From NCBI RefSeq assembly GCF_001194135.2, contig NC_068984.1, forward strand, positions 147,036,285 through 147,092,649: DNA of 56,365 bases. The letters run 5' to 3'. This document shows, piece after piece, positions 52,650 to 56,365 of the stretch. Source of the DNA: Octopus bimaculoides (taxonomy: Eukaryota). Under the pieces are notes generated by a model that saw only the letters and a list, made by a program, of their open reading frames with translations, was not told the DNA's origin and made no database searches. The translations under genes and the position numbers were made by a program. How positions within the stretch are numbered: position 1 is the stretch's first letter; the number at the start of each line of letters is the position of its first letter.

Positions 52650-53200
52650 AGAACCTCAAGGTTTAACATAAAGTGAGCTTGATCACATCATCCTTCATAG
52701 CATTCACGATAGCAATGGGGCAAAATATCCTGATTATGAATGGCGGTGCTTAGTGAAGAATTTTGCTGGACAGTTGAATCATGCATTTCCATATCGGGAT
52801 GCATGTCAGGAGTGCATCATTAATGAATTCTGTTTTAGCTTCCAACAATTTCCTGCACCTTGCATGCATCTCTCTCCAGTGACATTGGAGATTGCAAGAA
52901 GACTGCTGCACAGTCTCCCGTCAGATGCTTTCTTTCTCAAAGATATTCAGGACAACTCATAACATGGTGATATAAACGTCCTTGAGCCTTTCCTGCAAAT
53001 TGTTTGGTGTCTTAAACGTCTCTGAAAGACCATCTGATAACGATGACGCCCAGGTATCATTTGGTCAGTCAAACAGCCATGCTGTGAATGATGGGTTACG
53101 CAGTCTCCAGAATGATGAAAGTTGAAATCGACCTTGTCATTATTTGAACTCAGTTACACAGGCATTTGTCTGATACTTTACCGGAACTGCCTTGCATAGC
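52650..53200 (-). mobile_element. Highly degenerate L2/Rex-Babar-like LINE RT fragment
   Basis: Remnant motifs YLGVIV and KAQGRLY in broken frames with many stops. Confidence 0.4.
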
Positions 53201-53254
53201 ATTAATAACTGTTAATTATAAAACCATAGCTGACATATACACAACAGTAACATT

Positions 53255-53545
53255 ACGTAGGCGGGTTGATAGGGTTTGACACTCACGATCGTGAAGTCGT
53301 GGTTTCGATTCCCAGACCGAGCGTTGCCTTGTGTTTTTGAGCAAAACACTTCATTTCATATTACTCTGCTATCACTTTAACATCTGATGTGTGGCTCATC
53401 ATGCGACTGTACAGGTAATATCGATTTGATGGAGGGGCTGAGATAATGTACAGCACGATCTTATGTTCATTATAAACAAATTATTCATGCAAATTGTTCA
53501 GCAAGAAGCTGCGGGACCCTCGCCTGACGTTGACGACAGGAGAGT
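53255..53545 (+). mobile_element. tRNA-derived SINE with CORE/Meta-like central domain
   Basis: B-box-like ggtttcgattccc followed by ttgagcaaaacacttcatttca. Confidence 0.55.
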
Positions 53546-54190
53546 TTTTGCCGTTTAAGTAAGTATATTGTATGGAGTTGCCCAGTTCAAAATGAAAATG
53601 GTCAGGTATTATCATAATAGAGAAGAAAAGCAAAGTAAAATCATAGACTTTGTCATGCAATGGCAATAGGGACGTTAATGTCTAAGAGAACCAGAAAGTG
53701 GTGAAGATGTATGAATTTAACAAAGATCTCAGGTACACGGATCAAACCTTTTCATATTGCTATATGATGAAAGAAACACAACTAAGGACCAACACAATCT
53801 CCTGATGAAATACGTAAACAGATAGTTGTTACTTCTAAATTGTTATATAGAAAATATGAGGGATTGAAGACTGGCATCAACCAGCTGCAACATGATCTCA
53901 CACATTATTGCATTTTATTTAACTACGTAGATATTTGCTCGCTTTCATCAAGTAATTGATAATTTCCTTTTGATGTTATCATTCTCACTATTTTCGCTTT
54001 TATGTTGATTTATAAAACCTTCACAGTTTGTGTCGGCCATAAGATATAGTTTACAAATCATCATTATTAGTTTCTATCATCAAAATATTAGTTTTCTTCA
54101 AAAACTAAATTCAATATCTAAAAACATTATTTACTCGACAAAAGATGTCCATTGAATTCTACATTTCTGAAAATACTGTTGTTTCTAAAA

Positions 54191-54563
54191 TACAGTGATA
54201 ACTCACAGTACGAGTTTAATTCGTTCCACGACCAAACTCGTCTTACAATTTACTCGTTTTACAAGTCAATTTTCCCCATTGAAATTAATTAAAACATAAT
54301 TAATCGGTTCCAACCCCACCAAAACCACTCAAAAACAATTTTTTATGTGCTTTGAAATAGAAAAGGTGTAGTTACAAGTAAAATGACAATTATAAAAAGG
54401 AGAATGCAAAAGAAATATGGAAACTGGTTTTATTAACTGAATTACTTTAAAGATGGGACGATTTGTGTGCTCATACTGCGGATTTCCGTTCGTACTTCAA
54501 GACAAAAATTCGCACGTGTCTCGGCTCGTACAGCAAATTACTCGTACTGCGAGGTTCTACTCA
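54191..54563. mobile_element. Possible pogo/Tigger-like MITE
   Basis: Degenerate terminal inverted repeats: tacagtgataactcacagtacgagt versus reverse complement agtagaacctcgcagtacgagt. Confidence 0.5.
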
Positions 54564-55949
54564 GATAAAATTGAAAGAGATGCAGGTTACAAAATATAAG
54601 TGAATTCATTATTCGATTAGTTTATGAAACTGGCACCAGTGGTTTCATATCACCAATAGTGGTTCCGGCTTCATAATATATTTGAATAATTCACTCATAA
54701 TTTTGTGACGTTTGGTTCTCCTTCACTTCATTGATTCAATACACACAGACACATCATATAACGATCTTGCGCTAGTGAGTCCGATATTCTAACTACAAGA
54801 CGCTCACCTCTGTACGAATAGGAAACAACTATGTCCAGTTCTCTCATATTCGTGCCAGTCCATCCCCTGTGTCCTCTGCAGTTCTTATCACCCCTTTTTA
54901 TTTCTTGCTTGGACTCGGCGCTTCCACGCTCCAAATTCTTTAATGTTATCTGGATGACACACTCGACTATTATTGGCAGTGTCCCCCAGATGTAGGGCAC
55001 AGACAATCCCGTTACATCATCTGATAGTGAGCCTTTTCTATTTTAAAATTCTCCGCTAGGTTTAAAGGCATGTTTTGCAGTAGCCATTTCGTGAAGCGTG
55101 ACGGGAGGCAAAAACGTTCTCGTAAGAACTTTCTAGCACAGTTTTCCATTTTCCCTTCTTTTATTCAAAGTATTTCAGACTCTTGTTGTGATCTAATGAA
55201 CCTTGGCAAAAGGCTACGTTCATAAATAACATTACTTCTTGCCAAACCTCAGTCAGCCTCATCTCGATCTCAGCACTCTTCACTCTTACATGTATGTGTA
55301 TTTATACATGAATATCTCATTATAAACGTATAGAAACCGGTACGCGCGCGCGCGCACAGCCAGTCTTTGGCTCTGTCTCTCCTAATATACCTAATAGATG
55401 AAGAGGTAAATTGTATTATGATTAACTTTTTAAACTCTCAAGAGAAATAGAAACAAATAGGCGAGAAGTGACAATAGAGTAGCGTCGAGTTAATTTGAAA
55501 AGCCCTTAACAATCGTACAGCTGACGGCGATAGGAAGCAGCGGTTGAACTGCTTCGCTGCTGAGTAATTGACTTCTCATTATACACACCCGATAAGGCCT
55601 CACTATTTGCGTATTCTTTATATCATTTTATTTTTTGTGTATATTTATTGTGTGAAGATGAATTCATTAATTAACATGCAAATTAACTAAACTTGAACAT
55701 ATCTATATATGCGTGGGTGTATATATATGATGATACAGAAAGAGAGAGAGTGAGAGGGAGAGAGACGGAGATAGTATTGTTAATATGACGACGTTGACGT
55801 AACAGATGCAGAGAAGTGAATATATCCCCTAAACATTAAATCTGTTTTGTTGTGTTACTTTAAAAGACTTGACGTCCCATAACAGGGTTGTTACGCCGCA
55901 ACATAATCTATATAACCTCTTGGAACTAGAGTCTCAAGAGTCAGTGTAT

Positions 55950-56055
55950 TGAAAGACAGGAAGCTGGTAGAATCGTTAGGACAAAATGCTCTGCAGTATT
56001 TCTTCTGACTCCATATTCTAAATTCATATTCCGCTGCGGTCGACTTCGCCTGTAT
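55950..56055 (+). mobile_element. SINE family B, head
   Basis: gaagctggtagaatcgttagg...ttctaaattcatattccgctgcggtcgacttcgcc. Confidence 0.6.
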
Positions 56056-56074
56056 AATAATAATAATAATAATG

Positions 56075-56127
<53 letters not shown>

Positions 56128-56129
<2 letters not shown>

Positions 56130-56365
56130 GGTAGCCACAATTGGCCTAGACACCTATCTGAAAAACTCTGAGGACTGGATGCTAAAACTTGTCTTAAAAT
56201 ATGAAAGCAAGAAAGCATCTTACTCAGTAACAAAACAGGCAAAGGAATATCTAAGTGAATTCCAATTGCAACAAATTCAAGAATTAGACGAACTAGAAAC
56301 ACCTGCAGAAAAAGCTAAGCGCTTGAAAACCCGTGCTAAAATTGCTGCCTTAGCTATTATGACTG
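56128..56365 (+). mobile_element. 5'-truncated R4/Dong-like LINE ORF fragment, runs off the window end
   Basis: Open frame KVATIGLDTYLKNSEDWMLKLVLKYESKKASYSVTKQAKEYL...EKAKRLKTRAK directly after (AAT)n; resembles the post-RT region of Dong/R4. Confidence 0.65.

Noticed and set aside
54728-55006. 92-aa minus-strand ORF
   Set aside because: No recognisable domain or splice signals; possibly a decayed retroelement fragment.

Overview
Eukaryotic, AT-rich, microsatellite-dense genomic DNA with 11 N-gaps (about 4221-5220, 8124-8557, 14840-15352, 18090-18771, 25074-25293, 29010-29253, 30298-30751, 34523-34577, 36701-36960, 46484-46755, 49539-50323). The repeat families look like those of a coleoid cephalopod such as Octopus; this is recognition, not a database result. 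The window holds the 3' half of a + strand RBM24/RBM38 (SEB4/sup-12 family) gene: a 52-nt coding exon at 9077-9128, a 36.7-kb intron, a terminal coding exon at 45878-46178 and a probably long 3' UTR. The RRM-coding exons are not visible and probably lie upstream. The rest is mostly tRNA-derived SINEs, LINE fragments (CR1/L2-like, R4/Dong-like, Tx1-like), a Penelope-like GIY-YIG remnant, possible MITEs and simple repeats. Most entries in the ORF track are microsatellite or gap artefacts. No CRISPR, rRNA or tRNA genes were found. The best leads are: (1) an exon-like segment at 6814-6869 whose ATG splices in frame to the downstream exons, giving an RRM-less 130-aa isoform, and which overlaps a stop codon (ATGA); (2) four unrelated hammerhead-like Penelope termini inside one intron, three of them in inverted-repeat arrangements; (3) a housekeeping-type promoter motif cluster in mid-intron; (4) a twin perfect hairpin at 43691-43760.
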